Position numbers and translations under genes: made by a program. DNA of 64,000 nucleotides, taken from contig JBDRCT010000003.1 in assembly GCA_043821445.1 (NCBI GenBank), positions 5,440 through 69,439 of the forward strand. Direction: 5' to 3'. The notes beneath the pieces were generated by a model that made no database searches, was not told the origin of the DNA, and saw nothing but the letters and a program-made list of their open reading frames with translations. This document shows, piece after piece, positions 11,975-22,265 of this stretch. Every line of letters begins with the position of its first letter. The stretch's first letter is position 1. The stretch comes from Candidatus Omnitrophota bacterium. GTDB taxonomy: Bacteria; Omnitrophota; Omnitrophia; Omnitrophales; Aquincolibacteriaceae.

Positions 11975-14440
11975 CTACGTCGCTTTTTCAAAAGAGATCC
12001 TTTCCCCACGGATCTCCGCTATGATCTTATCACCCTCTTCGAACTTCCCGCCAAGGATCTCTTCAGCCAACACATTTTCAATATAACGCTGGATCGTCCT
12101 TTTAAGAGGGCGGGCCCCGAACACCGGATCATACCCCTGATCGATCAAGAACTTCAGAACCTCGTCGGAAAGGATCAGCTCCATTTTCTTGTCCTTGAGA
12201 CGATCATGCACTTCCTTGAGCTCGATATGAATGATCTGCTCCAGATCCTGGCGCGTCAACGGATGAAAAACGATCGTGTCATCGACGCGGTTCAGGAATT
12301 CCGGTCGGAAAACTTTTTTGGTTTCATCCAGAAGCTTTTGCTTCAATCCTTCGTAATCCATTTCGTCTTTTTTGGGCGCAAATCCGAGATCGCCTTGTTT
12401 CCGGATAAGATCCGCCCCGACATTCGAGGTCATGATCAAAATGGTATTTCGGAAATCCACCTTGCGACCGAAAGAATCCGTCAAACGCCCCTCTTCCATG
12501 AGCTGGAGAAGGATATTGAAAACATCCGGATGTGCCTTCTCGATCTCATCCAGGAGCACCACCGAATACGGACGCCGACGCACCTTCTCCGTCAGTTGCC
12601 CGCCCTCTTCATAGCCCACATACCCTGGAGGCGCCCCCACGAGACGCGAAACGTTGAATTTTTCTCCATACTCGGAGCAATCCACCACGACCACCGCATC
12701 TTGATCCCCGAACATGAAATCCGCAAGCGCACGGGCGAGAAGCGTCTTGCCGACACCGGTCGGGCCCAAAAAAATAAATGATCCTATGGGCCTACGAGGG
12801 TTACGAAGCCCGGAACGGGACCGGCGTACCGCGTGCGATATCGCACGGATCGCTTCGTCCTGGCCGATGATCTTCCTATGAAGCTCGTCTTCCATTTTTA
12901 GAAGACGCGCCGTTTCTTTTTCTTCGAGACGTGAAAGAGGCACGCCGGTCCACTTGGAGACCACGAATGCGATGTCCTCTTCCGTCACCTGGACTTCAAC
13001 CTCGGATTTGGATTCCTTCCAGCTCTTTTTCATTTTCTGGAGTTCTTCCTTGGCCTTACGTTCATCATCCCGCATTTTTGCGGCTTTTTCGAAATCCTGG
13101 GCCTTGATCGAAGCCTCTTTCTCGCGCCGAAGGGACTCGATCTCGGTTTCAGCTTTTTTCAAGTCCTTGGGCATGGTCGTAACGGACAATCTCGCGCGCG
13201 AAGCTGCTTCATCGATAATATCGATCGCTTTGTCCGGAAGGAACCGGCCGGAAATGTAGCGATCGGAAAGTTTCGCCGCAGCCTCAAGCGCCTCGTCAAG
13301 GATCTTCACCCGGTGATGAGCTTCATATTTGTCACGCAATCCCCTCAAGATCAGGATCGTATCTTCCACGGACGGAGGTTCCACGACCACGGTTTGAAAA
13401 CGGCGGGCCAGAGCCGCATCCTTTTCAATGTATTTCCGATATTCGTCAAGTGTCGTCGCCCCGATACACTGGATCTCACCGCGGGAAAGAGAGGGCTTCA
13501 AGATATTCGAAGCATCGATCGCACCCTCGGCGCCTCCGGCGCCGACCAGGGTATGCAATTCATCAATAAAGATCATGACATTTTCTGTGCGACGGATCTC
13601 ATCCATCACAGCTTTGATACGCTCCTCGAATTGGCCACGGTATTTCGTCCCCGCCACCATTAACGCAAGATCGAGCACGACGATTCGCTTATCCGCCAGG
13701 ATCTCCGGCACATCGCCGCCGATGATCATCTGTGCAAGACCTTCCACGATCGCAGTCTTTCCGACCCCTGCTTCCCCCAAAAGCACGGGGTTATTTTTTG
13801 TGCGCCGCGCGAGGATCTGGATCACACGCTGGATCTCGTCTTGTCGGCCTACAACTGGATCGAGTTTCCCTTCTCGAGCGAGTTGTGAAAGATCGCGACC
13901 AAACGCGTCAAGCGCGGGCGTTTTTGTCTTGGACTTCCCACCGGGACCGCCACCGGGACCGCCCATAGCGGATGACGGCATTCCGGGTTCCGCGTTCGGC
14001 GTCGTGGAACCCAAAAGTTTGATTACCTCGGAACGCACCTTGTTGAGGTCAAGCCCCACGTTCATGAGCACATGGCTCGCCACGCCCTCACCCTCTTTGA
14101 TGAGACCTAGAAGCAAATGCTCGGTCCCGATATAGTTATGCCCGAGGCGACGCGCCTCATCCATCGCCAACTCGATTACTTTCTTGGCCTTGGGCGTGAA
14201 CGGGATGTCTCCGGAAACAATCGTGCTGGGTCCGAATTGGACAAGTTTTTCAACTTCCAAGCGGATGGTATCAAGCGACAGTCCGAGATTCTGGAGTACC
14301 GCCGCCGCAACACTTTCCCCTTCCTTGATGAGCCCGAGCAAAATATGCTCCGTCCCGATGTAATCGTGATTGAATCTTTTGGCTTCTTCCTTGGCGAGAA
14401 TGATGACCTTACGAGCTCTTTCCGTGAAACGATCGAACAT
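11975..14440 (-). CDS. clpC: ATP-dependent Clp protease ATP-binding subunit ClpC
   Basis: Two Clp-N repeats ([10 protein letters not shown]), two AAA+ modules ([16 protein letters not shown]), UVR coil, GARPL. Confidence 0.97.
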   Translation of the reverse strand: MFDRFTERARKVIILAKEEAKRFNHDYIGTEHILLGLIKEGESVAAAVLQNLGLSLDTIRLEVEKLVQFGPSTIVSGDIPFTPKAKKVIELAMDEARRLGHNYIGTEHLLLGLIKEGEGVASHVLMNVGLDLNKVRSEVIKLLGSTTPNAEPGMPSSAMGGPGGGPGGKSKTKTPALDAFGRDLSQLAREGKLDPVVGRQDEIQRVIQILARRTKNNPVLLGEAGVGKTAIVEGLAQMIIGGDVPEILADKRIVVLDLALMVAGTKYRGQFEERIKAVMDEIRRTENVMIFIDELHTLVGAGGAEGAIDASNILKPSLSRGEIQCIGATTLDEYRKYIEKDAALARRFQTVVVEPPSVEDTILILRGLRDKYEAHHRVKILDEALEAAAKLSDRYISGRFLPDKAIDIIDEAASRARLSVTTMPKDLKKAETEIESLRREKEASIKAQDFEKAAKMRDDERKAKEELQKMKKSWKESKSEVEVQVTEEDIAFVVSKWTGVPLSRLEEKETARLLKMEDELHRKIIGQDEAIRAISHAVRRSRSGLRNPRRPIGSFIFLGPTGVGKTLLARALADFMFGDQDAVVVVDCSEYGEKFNVSRLVGAPPGYVGYEEGGQLTEKVRRRPYSVVLLDEIEKAHPDVFNILLQLMEEGRLTDSFGRKVDFRNTILIMTSNVGADLIRKQGDLGFAPKKDEMDYEGLKQKLLDETKKVFRPEFLNRVDDTIVFHPLTRQDLEQIIHIELKEVHDRLKDKKMELILSDEVLKFLIDQGYDPVFGARPLKRTIQRYIENVLAEEILGGKFEEGDKIIAEIRGERISFEKAT

Positions 14441-14506
14441 GGTGAACCTCCAAATTAATTAAACCGTTGTAAGACTGACTATAATAACGGAGATTTATGC
14501 CATTCT

Positions 14507-15571
14507 CTAAAGAATGACTTTTGCAAAATATTCCCGAATACGAGAAGCACGACGGGCATCCCGCTCCGTGGCGCTAAGTTCTTTACCGCTCATCTTTTGA
14601 AGATGTGCCGGTTGAATCAAAAGAAAAAGCTGGTTCAAATCCGTGTGTGTCACCTGTTCTTCCAGGACCCCGACATCGATCCCGACCTGCACAAGTGACA
14701 AGAGCTGAATCGCCTCAGAGGAGGACATCATACGCGCGGACTTGAGCGTCGCCAGAGCCCGCCAAATCTGATCTTCCATTTTGCTTTTGCGTTTTTTCTT
14801 GAGATACTCCCGGGCCTCGCGTTCATGCGTGATCACCTGCCGAATGACGCCCTCAAGATTCGAAATGATCTCTTCTTCCGGCTGGCCCAATGTGATCTGG
14901 TTTGAAAATTGAAAAAAATTCCCACTCGCCTGTGTTCCTTCGCCGTAAAGTCCGCGCACTGCGAGATTAAGTTTTGAAAGAGCCTGCAACACTTTATGGA
15001 CCTGTTTGGTCAGAACAAGACTCGGCAGATGCAGCATACATGAGGCCCGGATGCCCGTTCCGACATTTGTCGGGCAAGCTGTCAAATACCCAAGCGTCCC
15101 GTCGAAGGCATAATCCAGGTCTTTTTCAAGTTCACTGTCGATCTCATCGGCAATACGCCAGGTTTCGACGAGATTGAGACCCGACTGGAACACCTGGAGC
15201 CGTAAATGGTCTTCTTCGATCATCATCAGACTCACCATTTCATCCGGCGTGATCGCGACCGCGCTTCTACCTTCTTCCAAAAAAAGCTCCCGGCTGACCA
15301 AATGGCGTTCGAGAAGAAATTTCCGGTCAAGTTCAGAAAGTTCCGTTGAAGAAATGAAGTAAACATTTTTAAGGAAATTCGATCTTTTGACCGCCTCTCC
15401 GACCTCTTGAATGATCGCAATGCGCTGCCCGCCCGCAAGGCGGCTTAAAAAAGGATATTTCGCGAGATTGCGCGCCATACGCAGGCGCGAGCTGATCACC
15501 ACGTCACTTTCAGGCCCCGTAGCGCGAAGCCAATTTACCGGCTGGTCAATAAAACGATCGATCTCATTCAT
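14507..15571 (-). CDS. mcsB: protein arginine kinase McsB
   Basis: SSRLRMARN, EEDHLR, GYLTACPTNVGTG; start MNEIDRF at 15571 overlaps the end of mcsA. Confidence 0.95.
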   Translation of the reverse strand: MNEIDRFIDQPVNWLRATGPESDVVISSRLRMARNLAKYPFLSRLAGGQRIAIIQEVGEAVKRSNFLKNVYFISSTELSELDRKFLLERHLVSRELFLEEGRSAVAITPDEMVSLMMIEEDHLRLQVFQSGLNLVETWRIADEIDSELEKDLDYAFDGTLGYLTACPTNVGTGIRASCMLHLPSLVLTKQVHKVLQALSKLNLAVRGLYGEGTQASGNFFQFSNQITLGQPEEEIISNLEGVIRQVITHEREAREYLKKKRKSKMEDQIWRALATLKSARMMSSSEAIQLLSLVQVGIDVGVLEEQVTHTDLNQLFLLIQPAHLQKMSGKELSATERDARRASRIREYFAKVIL

Positions 15572-16085
15572 CTTTCGGTCTCTTTGCCTTTTTGAACTTG
15601 GCCAAAGCTTGTTTGATCTCGTCCCGCAAACGCGCCGCTTCCTCGAATGCTTCTTCTTGAATGCTTTTGCGGAGTTTTTCCTGTAGCTGGCGCAGGTCGT
15701 GGACGCTGCGCGTTTCCTTCGGAATACGGGATGGTTTTTTACCAACATGAGAACCTGAACGCTGGACCTGTTTGATGACGGTCGCAAGAGGTTTTTGAAA
15801 AGAAACATAGCATCCAGCGCAGCCGAGACGCCCGTTCTTGGCGAAATCCTCATAATTCATACCGCAATCTTTGCAGACAAGCGGTATTTTCTTGCCTAAA
15901 GCGTCTGGCGCCGTCTCAAGACCTGGCATACCGGCCAGCAGATCCCCAAAGTTGAAATAGGTCTTGAACTCCGTGCCTTTTTCTTCGGCGCACGCTTCGC
16001 AAATATGAACCTCGGCCATTTGGCCGTTGACGATCTCTGTCAGATGGATGGTCGCTTCTTTTGTACCGCAAATATTGCAGATCAT
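15564..16085 (-). CDS. mcsA: McsA activator (CxxC zinc motifs and UVR domain)
   Basis: MICNIC..ATIH, CEAC, CKDC, GRLGCAGCY, EAFEEAARLRDEI. Confidence 0.93.
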   Translation of the reverse strand: MICNICGTKEATIHLTEIVNGQMAEVHICEACAEEKGTEFKTYFNFGDLLAGMPGLETAPDALGKKIPLVCKDCGMNYEDFAKNGRLGCAGCYVSFQKPLATVIKQVQRSGSHVGKKPSRIPKETRSVHDLRQLQEKLRKSIQEEAFEEAARLRDEIKQALAKFKKAKRPKDE

Positions 16086-16113
16086 GATGGGCTGGCTCCG
16101 GACTCGCGAAGAA

Positions 16114-17019
16114 TCAAAGCGTGTAACGCACACCGTCTTTATGGGTCAGCGCATGAAAATCTTTGAGAAGCATATTCGTGATCTTCCCCGGCTTGCCCTC
16201 GCCGATCCCACGCCCGTCGATCTTCACGACCGGGATGACCTCCGCCGCTGTGCCGGTCAGGAATACCTCGTTCGCATTAAAAAGATCATGCCTCGTAATG
16301 ATACGTTCCTCAAAAGGCAACTTGATCCTTTCCGCGATCTCGAGAATAGCCTGGCGTGTGATGCCCCTGAGCGCTCCGAGATAAGTGGGTGGTGTGAGCA
16401 GGATATGGTCTTTTACCGTCTGCCCCTTACCTGTTTTTTTGATCATGAATACGTTGTCGCCGGTGCACTCCGTCACATAGCCCTGATGATTGAGCATGAG
16501 CGCTTCTATGCAGCCACCATTCTTGGCTTCGATCTTCGCCATGATATTGTTGAGATAGTTCAGGCTCTTGATCGAGGGGTTTACGGCTTCCGGAAGATTC
16601 CGCACCGTCGGCACGGTAATGATTTCCAGTCCTTTTTGATAAAGGACCTTGGGATAAAGTGCAATTTTATCCGTAATAATGAAGACCGTGGCCTTTTTGC
16701 AAAGCCAGGGCGAAAGCCCGAGATCCCCTACTCCGCGTGTCACCGCCACGCGAATATAAGCATCCATCAACCCATTCTTCTTGAGCGTTGAAAGGATCGC
16801 GGCTTTCATAGCCTTCTCGTCCATGGGGATCGTGAGCATCAGGGTATGCGCCGATTCCCAAAGCCGTTTCAAATGTTCATCCAGTTTAAAAACAAGTCCG
16901 TTATACGCACGTATCCCTTCAAAGACACCATCGCCGTACAAAAGTCCGTGATCAAAGATCGAGATCTTCGCTTCGCTTTTGGGATACCATTTGCCATCGA
17001 TATAAATCTGAAGTTCCAT
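16114..17019 (-). CDS. ilvE: branched-chain amino acid aminotransferase
   Basis: HGLLYGDGVFEG, IKSLNYL, ECTGDN, LRGITR, GTAAE; ATG at 17019 follows AGGAGA. Confidence 0.93.
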   Translation of the reverse strand: MELQIYIDGKWYPKSEAKISIFDHGLLYGDGVFEGIRAYNGLVFKLDEHLKRLWESAHTLMLTIPMDEKAMKAAILSTLKKNGLMDAYIRVAVTRGVGDLGLSPWLCKKATVFIITDKIALYPKVLYQKGLEIITVPTVRNLPEAVNPSIKSLNYLNNIMAKIEAKNGGCIEALMLNHQGYVTECTGDNVFMIKKTGKGQTVKDHILLTPPTYLGALRGITRQAILEIAERIKLPFEERIITRHDLFNANEVFLTGTAAEVIPVVKIDGRGIGEGKPGKITNMLLKDFHALTHKDGVRYTL

Positions 17020-17040
17020 TTTCTTCTCCTGGGTTCTCAC

Positions 17041-17775
17041 CTATAAAACAGGTTTATTGTTAATGATCGTTTCCGGGGCCGGAACCATCGACTGTCCGGG
17101 GACCAGGACCCCGTCCTGCAAACGATAGGAACGCTCACGCCTTGATGCCATCTCCTCATCGTGTGTCACGACCAGAAATGCCTGACCTTCCTGCCGATTA
17201 AGTTCATTCAAAAGCATCATCACCGAACTCGCGGTCTCAGGATCCAGATTCCCCGTGGGTTCATCACAAAGCACCACGGCCGGATGGTTTACAAGCGCCC
17301 GCGCGATCGCCACACGCTGCTGTTCACCACCGGAAAGTTCGGAGGGGTAATGGGTCCTGCGGTTCCAAAGACGCACGCGCTTCAGAACTTCCTTGACCCA
17401 CGGCTTATTGGGCTTCCCCGCGATCAGAGTCGGCAAAAGCACATTTTCAAAAACGGTCAATTCCGGAAGTAAATGATAGAACTGGAACACGAAACCCACT
17501 TGATGACTGCGCAGCCGCGCGAGTTCTTTTTCCGACATCTCGACCATATCCTTGCCTTCAAAGAAAATCTTCCCGTCAGTCGCCCGGTCCAAACCGCCAA
17601 GGATGTGCAGCAGGGTTGATTTTCCGCAACCCGACTTTCCGGTAATAAAAACCATCTCTCCCTTGCGAACGATCAATTGCACCGAGCGCAAGATCTGCAA
17701 GGTCCCGGCTGGCGTCTCGTAATTTTTACGGACATCGAATGCGCTTAGCAGGGGGGCTTCTACAATGTTACTCAT
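17041..17775 (-). CDS. lolD: lipoprotein-releasing ABC transporter ATPase
   Basis: GKSGCGKSTLLH, FVFQFYHLL, LSGGEQQRVAIARAL, DEPTGNLD. Confidence 0.9.
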   Translation of the reverse strand: MSNIVEAPLLSAFDVRKNYETPAGTLQILRSVQLIVRKGEMVFITGKSGCGKSTLLHILGGLDRATDGKIFFEGKDMVEMSEKELARLRSHQVGFVFQFYHLLPELTVFENVLLPTLIAGKPNKPWVKEVLKRVRLWNRRTHYPSELSGGEQQRVAIARALVNHPAVVLCDEPTGNLDPETASSVMMLLNELNRQEGQAFLVVTHDEEMASRRERSYRLQDGVLVPGQSMVPAPETIINNKPVL

Positions 17776-19075
17776 AGCGGAGCGCCTCCACGGGATTGAG
17801 GTTCGCCGCCCGGTGTGCCGGGTAAAAACCCGCCACCACCGCCACGATCAGCGCGAAACCGATGATGGTCAAAACATCCGGCATATGCACCTCGGATGGG
17901 ATACGGTCGAAAAGATAGATATCGCTCGGGAACACTTCAAGCCCAGTGGTTTTTTTAAGGAAATCCGCCACGGGGTTCAGATTGTACGCAAGGGCAAGCC
18001 CCATCACCGCCCCGAGCATGATCCCCAGAGATCCGATACTGAATCCTTCCATGACGAAGATCTTGCGAATGCTCATGCGTGTCGCACCTAGCGCCCGGAG
18101 GATCCCGATATCCTTGGTCTTTTCCATCACGACCATGGTGAGCGTTGAAATGATATTGAACGCCGCCACCAGGATAATGAGCCCGAGGAGGATCGTCATC
18201 ACGCTCTTTTCGACCTTGAGCGCCTGAAAGAAATTCTGGTTCATGTCATACCAGGAGCGGAAAAAATACTGATTTGAAAAATCCCCCGCGATCACCCACT
18301 TCCATTTCTCCGCATCGTCCACGTTCTTAAAGCGCATGCTGATCCCGGTAACCTTGGAGCCCATCTGATAGACCTTTTGCGCCTGCTCGATAGAGACAAG
18401 TGCAAGCGATGTGTCAAAATCGTTCATTCCTACGCGATAGATCCCGCGTACCAGGAAGGGCCAGGTCCGCACATGCATCGGGAGCGGAACGAACGGGTTC
18501 TCTGGCTCCGGAATGGGTGTGATCATATAGATCACGTCCCCCACTTGCGCGCCGAGCGAGGCCGCGAGATTTTCCCCGATAAAAACACTGCCGCGACGCG
18601 TTTCGATTTTACGTTTAAAGAACCAAAGGAACCGCTTACGCTCAATTTGAACGGAATCCTTAAAATTCAAAGTCCCGGACACCATGTTCTTCTCAAAGAT
18701 GCTCAGATCTTCTGCCTCTGGATCGATCCCCTTAACGACAACTCCGGTGGCATTCTTAGTGTTCCTGAGAATGGCTTGCCCCTCGACGAATCTTGATGCG
18801 GAGACAAGTCCCGGAATGTTATGCCTTCGGATCATGGCAAGATCACGATCCGCATCCTCGATCCCGTCCACTTTTTCGATCTTCAAGTGCGGCTGAACAC
18901 CCACGATCTTGTTTTTCAGCTCACGGTCAAACCCGCTCATCACCGCAAGCACCACGATCAGGGCCATGACCCCAATCGCCACTCCGCCAACCGAGATCAT
19001 AGAGATAAGTGAGATAAAACCCGTCTTGCGCCGCCGCGTCAGATGTCTTCCTGCGATAAAAGTTTCAAATCCCAT
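17768..19075 (-). CDS. lolC: lipoprotein-releasing ABC transporter permease LolC/E
   Basis: VLAVMSGF, ILVAAFNII...EKTKDIGILRALGA, YPA.RAA.L.PVEALRYE. Confidence 0.92.
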   Translation of the reverse strand: MGFETFIAGRHLTRRRKTGFISLISMISVGGVAIGVMALIVVLAVMSGFDRELKNKIVGVQPHLKIEKVDGIEDADRDLAMIRRHNIPGLVSASRFVEGQAILRNTKNATGVVVKGIDPEAEDLSIFEKNMVSGTLNFKDSVQIERKRFLWFFKRKIETRRGSVFIGENLAASLGAQVGDVIYMITPIPEPENPFVPLPMHVRTWPFLVRGIYRVGMNDFDTSLALVSIEQAQKVYQMGSKVTGISMRFKNVDDAEKWKWVIAGDFSNQYFFRSWYDMNQNFFQALKVEKSVMTILLGLIILVAAFNIISTLTMVVMEKTKDIGILRALGATRMSIRKIFVMEGFSIGSLGIMLGAVMGLALAYNLNPVADFLKKTTGLEVFPSDIYLFDRIPSEVHMPDVLTIIGFALIVAVVAGFYPAHRAANLNPVEALRYE

Positions 19076-19091
19076 GTGTTCCTTTCACCCT

Positions 19092-19133
19092 CATTACACA
19101 CCGGGTCTGGCATGCCAGACCCGGTGTGTAATG
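19092..19133. repeat. perfect 42-bp palindrome with no loop
   Basis: cattacacaccgggtctggca|tgccagacccggtgtgtaatg is its own reverse complement; lies between lysS and lolC. Confidence 0.95.
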
Positions 19134-19137
19134 GGTA

Positions 19138-20529
19138 TCATTCTATCACTTCAGTCGCTTTTTTTTCCGGTTTCAACTGAGGAAATAGGATCACGTCGCG
19201 GATGGAAGCTTGATTGGTAAGAAGCATGACCAGGCGATCAATTCCGATCCCAAGTCCACCGGCAGGCGGCATCCCGTATTCAAGCGCCATCAAGAAGTCT
19301 TCATCGACCTTTTTTGACTCTCCGATAAGCTCTTTTTGTTCCATGAGACGCTCGCGCTGAATCGAAGGATCGTTTAACTCAGAAAAGGCGTTGGCGATCT
19401 CCATCTTCGCGACAAAAAGTTCGAATCGGTATACCAACTCCGGATCCTCGGTCTTGGCCTTCGCCAGAGGGGTCATGACCGTCGGGTAATCAATCACAAA
19501 AACAGGGTCCCAAAAATCCTTCTCGACCTTCTCCCCGAAGATCTCGTTTAAAATATCAATATCGTCCATATTGTCAGTCACTTCGACGTGAAGTTTCTTC
19601 GCCGCTTCGCGCACATTCACCTTGCGGAAGTCCATGCCGGTCGCTTTTTCAAGCGCGCCATAAAAGGAAATGCGCTCCCAGGGCCGTTTAAAGTTCAAAG
19701 TTTTGTCGCCATACGGGATCTCATCTTTTCCGTAGAGCGTCGTCACAAGGTAATGCGTCAGTTCTTCCGTGATATTCATCATGTCCTCGTAATCCGCATA
19801 CGCCTGGTAAAGTTCCAGCATTGTAAATTCCGGATTATGACGGACGGAGATGCCTTCGTTTCTAAAATTGCGGTTGATCTCATAGACTTTTTCAAAACCG
19901 CCCACGAGAAGTCGCTTGAGATAAAGCTCCGGCGCCACGCGAAGGAAAAGATCGGTGTGGAGCGTGTGATGATGCGTGACAAAGGGCTTTGCCCTGGCAC
20001 CGCCGGCCAGGGGCTGCATCATGGGCGTTTCCACTTCCATGAAATCTTTTTTGTCGAGAAACGCGCGGATCTCGCGAATAATGCGACTACGCGCTTTAAA
20101 GGTCGCTCTCACCTCATCATTCGAGATCAGGTCGACATAACGGTGGCGGTAGCGGGTCTCCACATCCTTCAGGCCATGCCACTTCTCAGGTAATGTGCGG
20201 ACTATTTTGGAAAGGCGCTCGAATTTCTCAACTTTGATCGTGGGCTCCCCCGTCTTGGACTTAAAGAGTTCTCCCTCGAGCCCGAGGATGTCCCCCAGTG
20301 AAAGCCCCGTAAAGAACTTATAGCTCTCTTCGCCAAGTATATCCTGTTTGGCGTAGATCTGCATGCGTCCGCCCTCGTCTTTTAAGTCCGCAAACGCGCT
20401 TTTTCCCATATCACGACGGGTCATAAGACGTCCTGCCACACGTACTCTTCGCCCCTCCCGGAAATTCGCCAGGATCTCCACGAGAGAATCCTTGGGGAGA
20501 AATCTTTGCCCGTAATCCGTTATGCTCAT
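19138..20529 (-). CDS. lysS: lysine--tRNA ligase (class II)
   Basis: LPEKWHGL, RYRHRYVDL, APELYLKRL, FRNEG..HNPEF, GMPPAGGLGIGIDRL. Confidence 0.97.
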   Translation of the reverse strand: MSITDYGQRFLPKDSLVEILANFREGRRVRVAGRLMTRRDMGKSAFADLKDEGGRMQIYAKQDILGEESYKFFTGLSLGDILGLEGELFKSKTGEPTIKVEKFERLSKIVRTLPEKWHGLKDVETRYRHRYVDLISNDEVRATFKARSRIIREIRAFLDKKDFMEVETPMMQPLAGGARAKPFVTHHHTLHTDLFLRVAPELYLKRLLVGGFEKVYEINRNFRNEGISVRHNPEFTMLELYQAYADYEDMMNITEELTHYLVTTLYGKDEIPYGDKTLNFKRPWERISFYGALEKATGMDFRKVNVREAAKKLHVEVTDNMDDIDILNEIFGEKVEKDFWDPVFVIDYPTVMTPLAKAKTEDPELVYRFELFVAKMEIANAFSELNDPSIQRERLMEQKELIGESKKVDEDFLMALEYGMPPAGGLGIGIDRLVMLLTNQASIRDVILFPQLKPEKKATEVIE

Positions 20530-20583
20530 TTAGACTTATCCTTATTCCTTGATGCAGAATGATTTAAGACGATTTAAGACGTT

Positions 20584-20612
20584 ATTATATGTTAGTTTCC
20601 AGACGGGGTCAA
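20584..20612 (-). promoter_or_regulatory. sigma70-type promoter for the lysS operon
   Basis: Minus strand TTGACC-N17-TATAAT upstream of the lysS ATG; a tandem 10-bp repeat (gatttaagac x2, 20561-20580) sits just downstream. Confidence 0.75.
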
Positions 20613-20635
20613 TTGACGGATAACCTCTATTTACC

Positions 20636-20663
20636 TTGACCCTCTTTCTCCATTTGCTATGAT
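20636..20663 (+). promoter_or_regulatory. divergent sigma70-type promoter for the GT2 gene
   Basis: TTGACC-N16-TATGAT with TG extension, 9 nt before ATG 20673. Confidence 0.55.
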
Positions 20664-20672
20664 TCCACTCCT

Positions 20673-21830
20673 ATGGAATTCATCGCAAATGCCACGTTAT
20701 TTCTCCTCCTTTTCATCCTGGCAGGCTGGATCTATCGCAGCTGGCGATCGTTATCCGAATTGAAGCAAGCACCCATCTTGAAGCTCACGGGGTTTGCATC
20801 CCGTCAAGGAAAAGTTTCGATCCTTATTCCCGTTAAGAATGAAGAGAAAAATATCAAGGATTGCGTCCAACCTCTTCTCGCCCAACTTCGTGAGGGCGAT
20901 GAGATCCTTGTCGTCAATAACTGTTCCGTGGACAGAACAGAAGCGATCCTTAAGAAGCTGGGGGCCATTGAGATCCGATCCGAAGATCTAGCTGGAAATT
21001 CACGCGCAAAGTTCAAATACCTTAACACCCCCTCCACTCCAGGGGGATGGACGGGCAAGAATTTCGCCCTTTACCTCGGGATCGAACATGCGGCAGGCGA
21101 CTGGTTGCTTTTCACTGACGCGGATACTTGCCACGAACCCGGGAGCCTCAACGCCACCCTTTCCTTTGCAGAAGAACGGAAGCTCGACCTCTTAACACTC
21201 CTGCCTCGTTGCCTCGCCCACGGCTTTTGGGAAGAGGTGATCCAACCCTGCGCAATGGGCTACATGGGACTTTGGTTCCCCGTCCAAAAGATCAATGATC
21301 CAAGATCCAAGGTTTATTTCGGGAATGGACAATACTTGCTCGTACGTGCGGAACATCACCGGAAGATCGGCGGACACGAGGGCGTAAAGGAAGCCTTTCT
21401 TGAAGACTTTGCGTTGATGAAAAAGACAAAAGAAACGGGAGCCCGCGGGATGTGCGCTTTCGGAATGGAGATCTACGGCACAAGAATGTATGAATCGCTT
21501 GACGCAATCTGGCGAGGCTGGCGCCGGATCTTCCTTCACGCATTCGAACAAAAACCGGAACTGATCTTGAAATACGGCCTGAGCGTTTTTTTCTTTTCAG
21601 TTTTCCCTTTTATAGCGCTCGTCATACTCCCTAGATCTTTCTCCGCCTCTCTGCTTCTTTGCGTCTTGATCCTGGGCATAACTCTCGCGACCGCCTTCAA
21701 GGCCTACGCCATCGTCAAAGCTAGAAGGCGTTATGCCTTCCTACATCCACTCGCGGCACTGGTCTTCACGGCCATTCTCCTCGACGCCTTTCAAATGGCC
21801 CTTCTCAAACGCCAAACCCACTGGCGTTAA
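20673..21830 (+). CDS. family 2 glycosyltransferase (CrtQ/HpnB-like, membrane)
   Basis: SILIPVKNEE, GWTGK, LFTDAD, EDF, RMY motifs; N- and C-terminal TM helices. Confidence 0.88.
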   Translation: MEFIANATLFLLLFILAGWIYRSWRSLSELKQAPILKLTGFASRQGKVSILIPVKNEEKNIKDCVQPLLAQLREGDEILVVNNCSVDRTEAILKKLGAIEIRSEDLAGNSRAKFKYLNTPSTPGGWTGKNFALYLGIEHAAGDWLLFTDADTCHEPGSLNATLSFAEERKLDLLTLLPRCLAHGFWEEVIQPCAMGYMGLWFPVQKINDPRSKVYFGNGQYLLVRAEHHRKIGGHEGVKEAFLEDFALMKKTKETGARGMCAFGMEIYGTRMYESLDAIWRGWRRIFLHAFEQKPELILKYGLSVFFFSVFPFIALVILPRSFSASLLLCVLILGITLATAFKAYAIVKARRRYAFLHPLAALVFTAILLDAFQMALLKRQTHWR

Positions 21831-21833
21831 CAC

Positions 21834-21876
21834 AAAAAAAGCGTTATCTTGAATTTTTGCCCAAGATAACGCCTTT
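21834..21876. terminator. bidirectional intrinsic terminator
   Basis: 11-bp stem gcgttatcttg/caagataacgc flanked by A7 and ttt, between convergent genes. Confidence 0.75.
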
Positions 21877-21892
21877 GTGAAATAAGCGGGTC

Positions 21893-22219
21893 TTAGCGAG
21901 AACTACCCTTGTTCGCCTTGCAATTCTTAGAACTCGACTTTCCGCTTTTTTTGGAGGAAAATTTTTCGGTGGAATTCTTTTTTGTTTTTTCCTTTTTCGG
22001 CTTCTCTGTTTTTATTTCACTAGCTTTTGCCCCCGTAACATTCACCCCATCATTCGCTTGGCCGGTCGTTGCATTGCTCACGGAAGTTTCTTCCGTGACG
22101 GTCGCCTGAGAATCCACAGGGACCATCGGATCCAGGTCCTGGGAGATCTCCGCCTGGGCTCCGGGAACACACAAATTCAATAACATCAAAACCAACATCA
22201 CAATGACCATCTTTTTCAT
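21893..22219 (-). CDS. secreted hypothetical protein with Lys-rich tail
   Basis: Sec signal MKKMVIVMLVLMLL...AQA; low-complexity K/S-rich C-terminus; GGAG SD. Confidence 0.6.
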   Translation of the reverse strand: MKKMVIVMLVLMLLNLCVPGAQAEISQDLDPMVPVDSQATVTEETSVSNATTGQANDGVNVTGAKASEIKTEKPKKEKTKKNSTEKFSSKKSGKSSSKNCKANKGSSR

Positions 22220-22265
22220 TCAAGAATCTCCGTGGATTTGTTGGAGAACGTTCGCGCTGGTCTTT

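Noticed and set aside
11972-14458. Long plus-strand ORFs (269 aa, 235 aa) opposite clpC
   Set aside because: Antisense shadows of a highly conserved gene with no motifs of their own
15572-15853. 94-aa N-terminal extension of McsB in the ORF track
   Set aside because: Overlaps mcsA in another frame; the start at 15571 gives a normal-length McsB
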